Positions 50,447-61,400 of a stretch of DNA of 64,000 bases are shown piece by piece. The stretch covers positions 32,001 to 96,000 of IMG/VR virus record IMGVR_UViG_3300031703_000001; one strand, 5' to 3'. Position numbers and translations under genes: made by a program. This DNA is from a virus. Each line of letters begins with the position of its first letter. Within the stretch, counting starts at the first letter, position 1. The notes beneath the pieces were generated by a model. It did no database searches. It worked only from the letters and a program-made list of their open reading frames with translations, and was not told the origin of the DNA.

Positions 50447-53400
50447 TTACTTCTTTCCATTCACAGCCTTATCTTTTGATTTGGCTAAGTCAGATGCTAG
50501 TGCTTTTTGTCTAAAGAATTCTTTTATAGCATTTTCTGAATTATTTAATTCTGAAAAGTCATTCCCTTTAATTCTATAAGTAGTAGGTTGCCAAGCTGAT
50601 GTAGTATAACCACCACCTTTTCCATCTACAGATGGCTGGTATGTTCTATACTGGTAATTCATTACATATTCATTATTGCTTATTTTAGAATAACTATATG
50701 ATCCAATACCATCACCTGCTTTATTATTTTCTTTATTAGTATAAACCCCTTTTGGTGATGACATAATTTTAGAAACAATTGGACTTCCCCAATTTGTACC
50801 TGTATTTATACTACGCGGATTCACATCCTCAGACTGATCAAATAAGATTGTAACACCTTTCATTAGTTCGGCTTTTGTAAATGGATAACCACCATAATTA
50901 GCATCTCCTTTACCACCTTTCATTTTTGAATTCACATACTCTTCTGTAGGTGTCCAAGTATATCCAGCAGTAGTTTTTGTTCCATCTTCAGGATCTCCAA
51001 GTACAGGTGAATACGTCCAAGTACCTCTAGGACTTCCTGGTAAAGAGTTTGTTGATTTTGGATTACCCAACATAGAACGTGTATCCTGCATTGTTTCATT
51101 CATAAACTGAGCAACTTTTGGATTTTCTGACATATCAGAACCTTCAGCATATGTCCCTGTGAACATTGTTGGTGTTATTCCTTTTGCGTTTAATGCAGCC
51201 ATTTGATTTGCATATTGCATCATTATAACAGCACCTTGACCTTCAGGAACTTTAGGATCAAAGCTTCCTTGGTAAGTCACACCTGATTCTAAATCTTGTA
51301 GTGAACCTGACTTCCCATTTAACATACCGTCAAAGGTAGCTGTAGGAATTCCTTTTTCACCTTCAGTTATAGCACCTGTAAGACCACCATTTAATTTTTC
51401 ATAAAGTGCCTTATATACTTGAGCCGTCTCATCTCTAAAAGCTCTTTCATCAAGAACCCATTTTTTTTCTGTTCTTTGTTTAGTAACATTACCATCCATT
51501 GTTCTTACTGTATATGTAGATCCTACAGGAACATCTTCCCAGTGCATATAATCTTCATTTGATGTACCTGTATCATCTGCCCATACTTGGTCATGATTGG
51601 TCATTTGCTTAGCCTTAAGTTTTGCAAGAGCTGCAGCATAGTATTCATCTTTGTCCATAACTCTTTGACCACCTGAAGGAAGATCCATCATTAATCCAGG
51701 CATACCTTTCTTCATCATGGCATCAACATGTTTGTCACTTGATCTTACAAGTGCTTCTGTAGTTTTTGAAGCATCTTCATAAACCTTAAGTGTTGCTTCA
51801 TATGTTCTATCTGCAATATCTTGATTGACACCAATACCAATCATATCATTTACCAGACTTACAAAATCCGGGTGGCTAACTAAATTTGGATTAGTAGATT
51901 TCATTATAAGGTCTCCTGTTTCAGGATCTCTTGCTGTTATAATTGACTTATGATCATTGAAAATACTATTGATTCCTTTTGCATGAACATAACCTTCAGT
52001 TCCTTCCTTTTTTTCAGAAAGTTTACTTCTTATTTCACTAAGTGTACCAGTAAAATCACCTTCTTCAGCTTTAATAGTCCATGTATCAGTAAACTCACCT
52101 CCACCTAAATTGTTTCCTCTAGGGTTTTGAACTCTCAATGCTGTTAAAATACTTTCAATTTTATATGATTGTAATTTATTATTTCTATCAGCATATTGAT
52201 TTTCACTTAACACAGGTACATCTGTGTTTGGATCTATATTGCCATCTTCATCTGTTGCAAACTGATTAGTTCCTGCTCCACCAATGGAATGATTATTTGC
52301 ATCTAAGGCATTCATCATTGCTCTTGCAGCAGTCATTGTTTCACCTTTTAATTCTGCAAGTTCTATATCATCTTTTTTCTTTTGAGCTTGAAGATCAAAT
52401 GCTAAACTTCTTCTATTGGTTGCATTGGCACTTATCTTGGCCATGTCCATTTTAAATTGTTTCTGTTGTTTTGCATATGGATTAACTCTCATTGTAGATT
52501 CCATATCTCTCATACTATAACTCTGTGCTGCAGCAACCATGTCAGCATCCATGTTGGTCATCATTAATAATTGATAAGCCCTATTTAATGTAGACTCTAA
52601 ATCAGTAGAAGGTGTAGCAATAACTTTTGCAACCTCCATTTGATTTTCCATTGCAAGTTTAGTAGCTTCATAAGCACTTAACTGCTCTTTCATTAATTTA
52701 TCTTCATCAGAATCAGGAATAACTCCTGTTTCTTTCTTATAGTTCTCCCATCTTACATTAGTTTCCTTCTGTATTATTAATTTTTTCTCTCCTTTAGCAA
52801 GTCTTGATTTATTATTTGCTTCAATATTACCAATAGTTGTTTGAGCCCAAGCTTCTTGACCTTCAGCCACAGTGGTAAAGTCACCACCCTGCATTCCTGC
52901 AGCAGCAAAATCTCTACCAGCTACATAGGCTTGTGTTTGATAAGCTTGTAAAACTCTTCCATCAGAAGATAAACGCTTTCTTATAATTTGTAAAGCAGGC
53001 CCAACTACAGGCTCACCATTTTGTTGAGTAACAATCCAGTCAGTATTAGCAGAACCATCAGGATTTACACCAAAATGATCTATCTTTATTTTCAAAGGTG
53101 GTTTCATACCACCTAATATTTCTTCTGATAATTTAAACATATCAGCTTTAGGAACATACTTGTATAAAGGTGCAGCTATTGCTGAATCAGCATCCATACC
53201 TATAAAGTCATCCATTCTATATTGTAAAGAAGTAACACCATCTCTCCAGTACTGACCATTTACAGCTGAATCAGGAGATGCCAACAAACGTTGTGCATGA
53301 CTCATTTCTTTTCTATAGTTTGCAGTCTTAACCATATCCTTAACAATCAACTTATCTTCAAAGAATGGTGCAAAAACAGCCTTAGCTGATTGAGCATTTT

Positions 53401-53659
53401 GAGCTAAAGATAAATCCATACCTGAGATCTTCTCTAAAGAAGGTGCTAAGTTATTGACATATTGCTCTCTTTGTTCATTGGTATCTGTTCTTGATAAGTC
53501 CGCGAATACAACCTTGTTGTAAACGTCATTGGTTGCCTGCCAATTTGTATTATATTTATCTTGCCTAACATCAAGTACAGCAGACAAAAACTTATAGTCT
53601 GGTGTAAACGGTTTGATATCCGGTAAATATGTTTCTGATCCTGGTACGTATGTTGCCAT
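50447..53659 (-). CDS. probable ejection/internal virion protein
   Basis: 1070 aa, helical N-terminal half; immediately upstream of the vRNAP gene as in crAss-like gene order. Confidence 0.6.
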   Translation of the reverse strand: MATYVPGSETYLPDIKPFTPDYKFLSAVLDVRQDKYNTNWQATNDVYNKVVFADLSRTDTNEQREQYVNNLAPSLEKISGMDLSLAQNAQSAKAVFAPFFEDKLIVKDMVKTANYRKEMSHAQRLLASPDSAVNGQYWRDGVTSLQYRMDDFIGMDADSAIAAPLYKYVPKADMFKLSEEILGGMKPPLKIKIDHFGVNPDGSANTDWIVTQQNGEPVVGPALQIIRKRLSSDGRVLQAYQTQAYVAGRDFAAAGMQGGDFTTVAEGQEAWAQTTIGNIEANNKSRLAKGEKKLIIQKETNVRWENYKKETGVIPDSDEDKLMKEQLSAYEATKLAMENQMEVAKVIATPSTDLESTLNRAYQLLMMTNMDADMVAAAQSYSMRDMESTMRVNPYAKQQKQFKMDMAKISANATNRRSLAFDLQAQKKKDDIELAELKGETMTAARAMMNALDANNHSIGGAGTNQFATDEDGNIDPNTDVPVLSENQYADRNNKLQSYKIESILTALRVQNPRGNNLGGGEFTDTWTIKAEEGDFTGTLSEIRSKLSEKKEGTEGYVHAKGINSIFNDHKSIITARDPETGDLIMKSTNPNLVSHPDFVSLVNDMIGIGVNQDIADRTYEATLKVYEDASKTTEALVRSSDKHVDAMMKKGMPGLMMDLPSGGQRVMDKDEYYAAALAKLKAKQMTNHDQVWADDTGTSNEDYMHWEDVPVGSTYTVRTMDGNVTKQRTEKKWVLDERAFRDETAQVYKALYEKLNGGLTGAITEGEKGIPTATFDGMLNGKSGSLQDLESGVTYQGSFDPKVPEGQGAVIMMQYANQMAALNAKGITPTMFTGTYAEGSDMSENPKVAQFMNETMQDTRSMLGNPKSTNSLPGSPRGTWTYSPVLGDPEDGTKTTAGYTWTPTEEYVNSKMKGGKGDANYGGYPFTKAELMKGVTILFDQSEDVNPRSINTGTNWGSPIVSKIMSSPKGVYTNKENNKAGDGIGSYSYSKISNNEYVMNYQYRTYQPSVDGKGGGYTTSAWQPTTYRIKGNDFSELNNSENAIKEFFRQKALASDLAKSKDKAVNGKK

Positions 53660-53718
53660 AATGTAAAATTACTAAAATTTATTAAGTTTAACTAGTTATA
53701 TGTTAACACTTTTGAAGT

Positions 53719-56199
53719 TTAACCTCCCATTTTTCCTGTATAGAATGGAACCACCATCCTTTTTATTTCTTTTCCTTTTGCTGCACCTGTTGGGTAACCT
53801 AGAGAAGCCTGCCTTGCAGCTAATTCTTCTTGACCTTGATTTCCATATGCACGTTGTGCAGAAGGCATCTGTCTATATTTTAAAAACATATCCATATCCT
53901 TTGCAGTACCGCTAGGATTTTCTCTTCTATATTCAGACATTGCTTTATATAAAGCTTGATCTCTTGATTCTTGAGTTTCAGGAGCACCTACTTTTTCAAA
54001 GGCTTTGGCATTTGTAAATCCTATTGGACCTCCCGTTGTAGGATCAATTGCAAAGTTATCAAAAGTACTATTCAAGTTATATGTATTAGCTCTATTAGTT
54101 AATGCAGCATTTTGTAATTTAACGTTTTCACCAACCTTCCAGTTTTTGAAGTTATCATGTTTTTGCAAAACATTTTGAGTATCATCATAAACCTTTGTTT
54201 GCCTTCTTGCATTTTCAGTATTTGCTCTATCAGTATACTGCGCTTGTAGTGCACCATACTGGTTAGCTATACCAACATTATTAGTATTAACTCTATTAAT
54301 TGCTTTGGCATTTGCATCCATTGCTTGACCTTGTATTTGTGAATTTGCCACGGCTTGAGGTCCACCAACTGCTCCTAAAGCATTAGCCACAGTACTTGCA
54401 GATGCATTGTTGGAATTAACAGCAGATCTCCAATCATCAAATGTAGGCGCTAACTGAACTGTCTCAGCTGTAGGTGCCCATGGTAAATATAAATTATCAT
54501 CTATCTGACTTAGAGCAGCCAAGTTGTTTTGATCTTGTAACCAAAATTCCATATCAGGCTGAACATACGCATCAGGATCTTTAACTCCTATATCAGGTCT
54601 ACTTGGTTCTTCACCATATACAGCTTCATCAGAAAAAGAGTTGCTCTTGGTAAGCTTAGGTGCATTAAAAGTATGTAAACCATATTTACCATCATAACCC
54701 GTTCCTTCAGTACCTTTTTCTGTAAACCATGGTTCATAAGGAACTCCTGCTGCTAAAGCATCCGCTTTTCTTTCTACTTCTATATTTTTTTGAAAGGCTC
54801 TAGTTTGTTCTTTAGGCATGTCCCAACTCCAAGTTTTACCTGAATCTGCCTCATACTTTTTCATAGCAGATCCCCATCTTCTTTCTAAATCTAATCTTGC
54901 TTCTGGAGTTTGTATATCATTTGAACCATAAGTACCTGTTCCTGTAGAGTTTTGAAATGTAGGTCTATTTACATCAGCTCCTGAATACATTCCATTATCA
55001 TTAAAGTATTCAGCATTTTCTCCAAACGCTTTATCTTGACCTTCAATAGCTTCATTATAAATTGGTCTTGAACCTTTACCTTTTAAATCTCCAGCTTGAC
55101 TTCTGTCTACTTGATTATTTGATGTATTTGGTTTAGAGTTTATAGATGCTTTTGTTTTCCCATTAGGTAACGTTGTATATGTTATTGTAGCACCTTTCTT
55201 TAATTCAGGAAGCCATTTAGCCCATTGTGCATCAGATACACCTGGATTTTCAAATTCAACCTCATCATCTGTAGAACCTGTATTACCAGTTCCTGTTTGA
55301 GCTTTCCTTAATGTTCTTTCACCACCAAACCTTGCTAGAATAGCACTGTCCATTTCAACACCTTGCTCAGGCATTTGTTGTTGTTGACCTTCAGGTATTT
55401 GACCTTGTTCAGGTTGTTCCATTTGAGCCATCATCTGTTGCATTTGTAACATTTGCTCTAATTGCTCTGGTGGCATTGCAGCCATTGCTTTCATTTGTGC
55501 TTCTTGCATAGTTATTTCTTCCATCTTTGCTGTAAATTCAATTGGGTCTATTCCTTGCTGAACCAAATAAGGATGGGCAGCCAAAGGTACACCTTCTTCA
55601 AATTTCTTTTTTGATTCTTGTGTAAATGCAACTTTAGAAAGATTCATCATATTCTTCTTCAACATTAATTCTGCTGTAGTAGCTTGAATCTTATCTGCAT
55701 AAGGAGATTCTAAATGTGCATAGTAATCATTTAACTGATACTTCTTTGATAACTTAGCAGGTGTCATTTTCTTTTTGGAGTTAATTCCAAATTCTGATAA
55801 CTCATCACTAGTAAATTTCATTTTATCTGTATCAGAATAAATAAATGATTGTTCAGGTAAGAACATTGGAACTCCACCTTTAGAGTGTCTAGGCCCCTTA
55901 ATGTCATATAAACCAAATGTACCATCATTAGTTAAATCTGTTAATACAGTTTCTCCACCTTCTGCTTCTATATTAGCATTGTCTTTAGGAACACTTGATA
56001 GACTGTATCTTACACTCTTGCTATCAGCGTCATTAAAGTTATTATTGCTATAGAAGTCTTGTGGAGTTGTCACCAAACCATAATCAGCTTGATCACCAGT
56101 TTGTAGATCACCACCGTTCTTCATAAATTTGTCTTCAACAACTTTGCCGTCAACTAATTTAAATCCTTCTGGTAATTTATTTATTTTAATTTTTGCCAT
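53719..56199 (-). CDS. probable capsid cargo protein
   Basis: NIEAEGGE...GPRHSKGGV...FIYSD domain, Q/M-rich linker, N/A/Q-rich C-terminal helices; ends in KMGG. Confidence 0.6.
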   Translation of the reverse strand: MAKIKINKLPEGFKLVDGKVVEDKFMKNGGDLQTGDQADYGLVTTPQDFYSNNNFNDADSKSVRYSLSSVPKDNANIEAEGGETVLTDLTNDGTFGLYDIKGPRHSKGGVPMFLPEQSFIYSDTDKMKFTSDELSEFGINSKKKMTPAKLSKKYQLNDYYAHLESPYADKIQATTAELMLKKNMMNLSKVAFTQESKKKFEEGVPLAAHPYLVQQGIDPIEFTAKMEEITMQEAQMKAMAAMPPEQLEQMLQMQQMMAQMEQPEQGQIPEGQQQQMPEQGVEMDSAILARFGGERTLRKAQTGTGNTGSTDDEVEFENPGVSDAQWAKWLPELKKGATITYTTLPNGKTKASINSKPNTSNNQVDRSQAGDLKGKGSRPIYNEAIEGQDKAFGENAEYFNDNGMYSGADVNRPTFQNSTGTGTYGSNDIQTPEARLDLERRWGSAMKKYEADSGKTWSWDMPKEQTRAFQKNIEVERKADALAAGVPYEPWFTEKGTEGTGYDGKYGLHTFNAPKLTKSNSFSDEAVYGEEPSRPDIGVKDPDAYVQPDMEFWLQDQNNLAALSQIDDNLYLPWAPTAETVQLAPTFDDWRSAVNSNNASASTVANALGAVGGPQAVANSQIQGQAMDANAKAINRVNTNNVGIANQYGALQAQYTDRANTENARRQTKVYDDTQNVLQKHDNFKNWKVGENVKLQNAALTNRANTYNLNSTFDNFAIDPTTGGPIGFTNAKAFEKVGAPETQESRDQALYKAMSEYRRENPSGTAKDMDMFLKYRQMPSAQRAYGNQGQEELAARQASLGYPTGAAKGKEIKRMVVPFYTGKMGG

Positions 56200-56201
56200 G
56201 A

Positions 56202-58418
56202 TTATAGTATTTCAATATCAGCTCCCGCTGCAATTAGTTTTGCTAATAATGTAGAGTCAACATCTATTGTTCCACTACCAACTTCTTTTCCGTACTTAGC
56301 TGTACCCATATTAGTTTGCACAGTCCTTTGACCTTCACTACCAAATGTTCCAGTGTTAGCATCCCAAGCACCTCTCTTTAGGAAAGGGTCTTCTTTTGTA
56401 CCATATATAGCATCAGCTGTTAGATTTTTTCTATTATCTATTTTAGCATTTTCAACATTTTGATCTCTAAACCAATCATTAACAATACCAGCACCTTGTA
56501 CTGCAGTATTTGATACGGCACCAAAAGCAGTCATTTCTTTACTATCCATCAATCTATCCACACCACCTTCAAATTTATTTGTTCTTTCAACTACAGGTTG
56601 GTTATATTCAAGAGGACGTGCAATGGGTGTTACAGGAGGTGTTATAGCATTTACTTGCGGTATTACTGGTGTAGCCATCATAGATGGTTGTGCCAGAGGT
56701 CCTGCGCTAAGACTATCAACATATGCTTGATATTCTTGTGGTGCATTAGCTCCCATTCTTGTCATTGGATCTTCCATTGACCAATCTTGCATGCTTAATA
56801 CTGCGGAAGGTTGTCCCGCCATTTGATATTTCTTTAATGAACCACCATATTTAAATCCTTCAGTAGAGTTATAAATGTCTTTCATCTCAGTTCTTGACTT
56901 TCCTAGATGACTTGATTTATTTTTACCATACCAAGTTCTAAATGAATCACCCTCTACACGAGGTCCAACTTTAGGTTGAGATGTAGGAAACATTCCTTGC
57001 TGAGGTTGTCCGTTAGAATTTGTAGGTATCATGGTTGTTGCAGGTGGAGTTGTGTCTACACCGTATTTATTCATCCCCATCATTGTTTCATATTCATTAG
57101 GGTTGTATACTCCGGGATCCACATAACCTACAGAACCTCTTTCATCAATACTTAACGTTGTACCTTCAGGGGCACCATTTTCCATATCATTTTCATAATC
57201 ACCTAATATTTCTTTTGTGGCATCATCTAAATTATTGAAGTAATCTACATTACGTCCATTTAAAGCATTGCTACCTTCTCTTGTAACTTTACCAAAAATG
57301 TTTTTCTTTTCACCATATATATCCTCACTTAGCTCTCTGCTAGATATTAAACCATCATAATCCCCTGTTTCAGTATTATAGTTGAATTTTGAGTTTTTAT
57401 TAATATCTTCAGTATATGTTTTTAAATCTCTTAACTTTTCAGGATTAACACGCTTAGATGCATTAAATAAATCTAAATTGTCTGCTGCATAAGCGGTAGG
57501 ATCTGTTGTACCTATTTTTACTTTATAGTTATAATAGTCTCCTTTTACATCTTCTTCAATGGCACCCTTTGTATTCCAATCTCTAAGTGCACCTTTCATT
57601 TCACCATTACTACCTAATTCTTTACTGAATAAATCATCATTGGCATCACCAAGAAATTTAGCTATAGAACCAACATTAAAATTATTACTTGATTCAAAAG
57701 CAACAGGATTAATATATTTTGGGGATGCTGTAAATTTATCTTTCTTTTTAACTACACCTGTTTGATTATAAAATGCTTTAGCTTCTTCCTTATCAACTTC
57801 ACTACCTTCTTGAAATTGAGGTATGTTTCTTCTGCCAATAAATTCTCCTTGTAAATCTAACATTGGAGTACTCATGTCACCATTTAATTTTGAGTAAGCA
57901 CCTGGCTGAGGATTAATATCAAAAGATATTGCATCTTGAGATGTAGCAATTCCTTGTTGAGACTGCATCCAATCAGCAAACTTATTTCCAGATTTAATTT
58001 CCACACCTTCCTGTGCTTGAAGCTGTTGTGCCATCTGGTCTTGTTGACCTGCCGTTGCTTGATCTTGTTGAGCGCTAGCTTCTTGAGCTTGAGCTTCCAT
58101 TGCTTGTTTCCGTGCAATTTCTTGAGGATCCTCTGTTTGTTCTTCAGTTGAAGGAGGCCCTGCAGGTTGTGATTTCTCCTGAACTTGTTTAAATAAACTA
58201 ACAACATCTTCTTCTTTATAACCTGCTGTCATAAATGCTTGAGCAATCACTTGTTCCTCAACCTGTTGTTCAACCAATTCTTGAACTATTTCAATAGGGT
58301 TTCCTCCTCCATTCAAAGAACTAGAGATAAACTCTGTAATCTGTTGAATTTGTGGATCAACAGCTTGTTGCTGTGATTGTCCTCCCATTTGTTTTAAACT
58401 TATTTTGTTTACTTTCAC
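56202..58418 (-). CDS. probable capsid cargo protein, low-complexity
   Basis: 738 aa, GTG start; Q/P-rich segments separated by xKxGG/AQxG motifs. Confidence 0.6.
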   Translation of the reverse strand: MKVNKISLKQMGGQSQQQAVDPQIQQITEFISSSLNGGGNPIEIVQELVEQQVEEQVIAQAFMTAGYKEEDVVSLFKQVQEKSQPAGPPSTEEQTEDPQEIARKQAMEAQAQEASAQQDQATAGQQDQMAQQLQAQEGVEIKSGNKFADWMQSQQGIATSQDAISFDINPQPGAYSKLNGDMSTPMLDLQGEFIGRRNIPQFQEGSEVDKEEAKAFYNQTGVVKKKDKFTASPKYINPVAFESSNNFNVGSIAKFLGDANDDLFSKELGSNGEMKGALRDWNTKGAIEEDVKGDYYNYKVKIGTTDPTAYAADNLDLFNASKRVNPEKLRDLKTYTEDINKNSKFNYNTETGDYDGLISSRELSEDIYGEKKNIFGKVTREGSNALNGRNVDYFNNLDDATKEILGDYENDMENGAPEGTTLSIDERGSVGYVDPGVYNPNEYETMMGMNKYGVDTTPPATTMIPTNSNGQPQQGMFPTSQPKVGPRVEGDSFRTWYGKNKSSHLGKSRTEMKDIYNSTEGFKYGGSLKKYQMAGQPSAVLSMQDWSMEDPMTRMGANAPQEYQAYVDSLSAGPLAQPSMMATPVIPQVNAITPPVTPIARPLEYNQPVVERTNKFEGGVDRLMDSKEMTAFGAVSNTAVQGAGIVNDWFRDQNVENAKIDNRKNLTADAIYGTKEDPFLKRGAWDANTGTFGSEGQRTVQTNMGTAKYGKEVGSGTIDVDSTLLAKLIAAGADIEIL

Positions 58419-58437
58419 AACTATGATTTTATATTAT

Positions 58438-58448
58438 TAATATACAAA
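58438..58448 (-). promoter_or_regulatory. candidate phage late promoter TTTGTATATTA
   Basis: Intergenic, about 20 nt upstream of the start at 58418. Confidence 0.55.
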
Positions 58449-58478
58449 TAAATCAAGAGATTTACTAATTTTTAAGGT

Positions 58479-61400
58479 TTAACGTTGCCCAACAATGTGA
58501 GTAAGTATATAATTTGCTGGAGTCATATTCATTGCTTTAGCATCTTTATAATGCATTCTGTTTAGTTTATCATACACTTTACCAGCTGTAACTTCCATTT
58601 TATTACCATCATAAACTCCGTCAACATAATTTTTATACATAATGTGGTTTTCAGTTTCACCACCTTTTTTCATTACATCTTTTTGTTCAAAATTCAAATA
58701 CTTAGAGTTGGCCTTTACCCTTTTAGAATAGTTTGGTCTGTTATTCCATTTAGTAGGTAATGTATTCCACATATCTTTTTTCTGATCAGCTGTAAGTTGC
58801 TCATTATATCTTACACCTAATATGGATGCAGTTGCTATTGCAGCTTTTGCTGGATCTAAAAGATCTTTGTTTGATGTAATATCAAAAGCATTTAATATAG
58901 ATTTTTCTTTATCATTTAACTGACTCCAACGTATCTGAGTATAACCAACACTATTGTTATCTGACTGTGCTCCATCCCCCACATCAGTGAATGGTATATC
59001 AAACCCTTGGTATTTTCTTTGAACATCTGGTGATGAACCATCACTTCCAAACTTTTTATTAGCACCTCTTAAAGCATTACCCACAATACCGTGTGTATCT
59101 CCAAATTCTGATTCTGTTCCATATATTCCAAAAGCAATCTTGGCTATTTGATTATAAACATCTCCGGAAATTTGAGCAGCACTCATTATTTGTTGCTTGT
59201 TATTTTCAAGAGCATGAATGAAAGGGTATGTTGTATTATTTAATTCCTCAGTATCATCAAAGTCTAATACCGTAAATCTTTCTTCCATGAAAGTCTCTTC
59301 ATCAAAGTTGGCTCTAATGGGTTTATATGATAAAGTATTTGTTGTATAATTACCACCTTGTTGATCTTGAAGTTTACCTGTTTGATCTTTATATTGAGAA
59401 ATGTAATTTTCTCTGTTTTCTTTATTCATTCTCATGACAGCAACACCATCATTCAACTCAAAGTGATTACCTTCATCTTCAGGTAATATAAACACAGGAG
59501 TTCCTGTTGGTAAACCTAAGTTATATAATGCATCAAGATCACTACACTGTCCATTAATACAACCATTAGATGCTGAATTATTTGTTGCATCACCATCATT
59601 ATAGAATTGCTTTCTATAATTTGTTGTACCATGTATTGCAGTACCTACTTGAATACCATTATCATTTAGTAAATTCCAACTAGGAGCATTTTGGTATTTC
59701 TTTTTTGATGTAGGACTTGATTGGTTAATTGTATATCTACCAGCACCTGTGGATTTATTACCTGCTGTCCAATCTGTTTTCCACTTACCATTTATTTTAT
59801 CTTCATCTGTTATCTTACCGTCTTTGTTTAAATCTTTCATTTTGGTTACAGTCTGTGCATCACCACGGTTAGAACCAGTAAGAACTTCAAAACTTAAATC
59901 TTCATGATCACCTCTGTATACTTTTAATAAACCAGTCTTCTTGTCTATTACAACATAACTTTGATTTGGATTATTAAGCATTTGAGATTTTATAATAATA
60001 TCACCATCACTTTGAGAATTAATATTATCATTATTCTTTTTAAGCTCATCTACATTGTACCAGTTTTCTTCAGGCATAGGAACATCTGCTCTATAAGTAT
60101 CAGGTATTGCAATTTCTTGATTGACAGCAATTTTATTTACATCACTTATACCATTTAATTTAGCAAGTGTATTCACTGATGTTTTATATGCTTTTGCAAT
60201 CTTACCTAATGTATCTCCTGATTTTACTTTATAAATTGGAGAGACAGCTGCTGTACTTGGTGCTTCAGGAATATTTAATTCTTGATTAACACTTATTGAA
60301 TTTGGATCACTTATATTATTTAACTTTACTAACTCATCAACAGATGTATTGTATCTATTGGCAATCTTACCCAGGTTATCCCCGGAAGCAACAGTGTATT
60401 TTTTATTACCAGCTTTTGCCTCAATTGCATTAAACCCTTCATTAGAGTCAATTGAAAAAGTGGGTATTGTTGAACCATTTGTCTCAATAAGAGATTCATC
60501 ATTCATTTGATACATATCAGGTCTTGCAACATATGTATTATCTTGAGGTTGCACATAAGTCTCATATGGATTATATACATTATCTCTCTCACCACCATAT
60601 TGATAGTATTCTCTTAAAGTCTTCAGGTATTCTTCAGGTTTCTTATTTGATTGTTTTTTACCATTACCATATAAATGAGGGTAAACTGACTCTAAAGATT
60701 TACCATCTCTAACTACATTACCTAAATATTTTCTTGCACCACCTCTACCTAAGAAGTTAGATAAACCTATCAAATCTTCATATGAGTAATTCCACTTATC
60801 ACCCAATTGAGATTTGTATTCCACAGTTAAGTCAAATGCATCTTTCAATAAAGGTGTAGTTTCAGTTGCATCAAAACCTTTGTTTAAACGTATATCAAAG
60901 ATTTCATTTTGTGCATCTAGATCTTTTGCAAATTCAGCTCTTGTACCTTCATACAATTTTCCTTTTTCTACTTCAGAAAATCTCTGACCATATAAACCAG
61001 TGGCAGTAGATTCAGGATTCACCATAAGTACACCATTCACACTTTCCACTTGAGCAATTCCTCTTTTTATTCCTTCTAAATCTATGGTGGTTTCTTGCCA
61101 AGTTTTAGGTTTGGAAATTTCTTTCCCTTCCTGTGCCTTACGCAATGAACCTCCATATTTCTTATAAAAATCTAACATTTCTTGCATACCATCTTTGGTA
61201 TTTACTATTGATGTATTAAACCAAGAAGCAGTCTGATCTTTTGCTTCTCTCATCATATTTACAAGTTCAGGTGGTAAGACAGCTTCATCAGGATGAAATG
61301 CTGCTCCGGATCCACCACTCATATCACGCGCTCTTTGAGGCATGTTTGATCCACTCATTGATTTAAAAGTTGCTTCATCAGTCATCATAGAGAAAAATCT

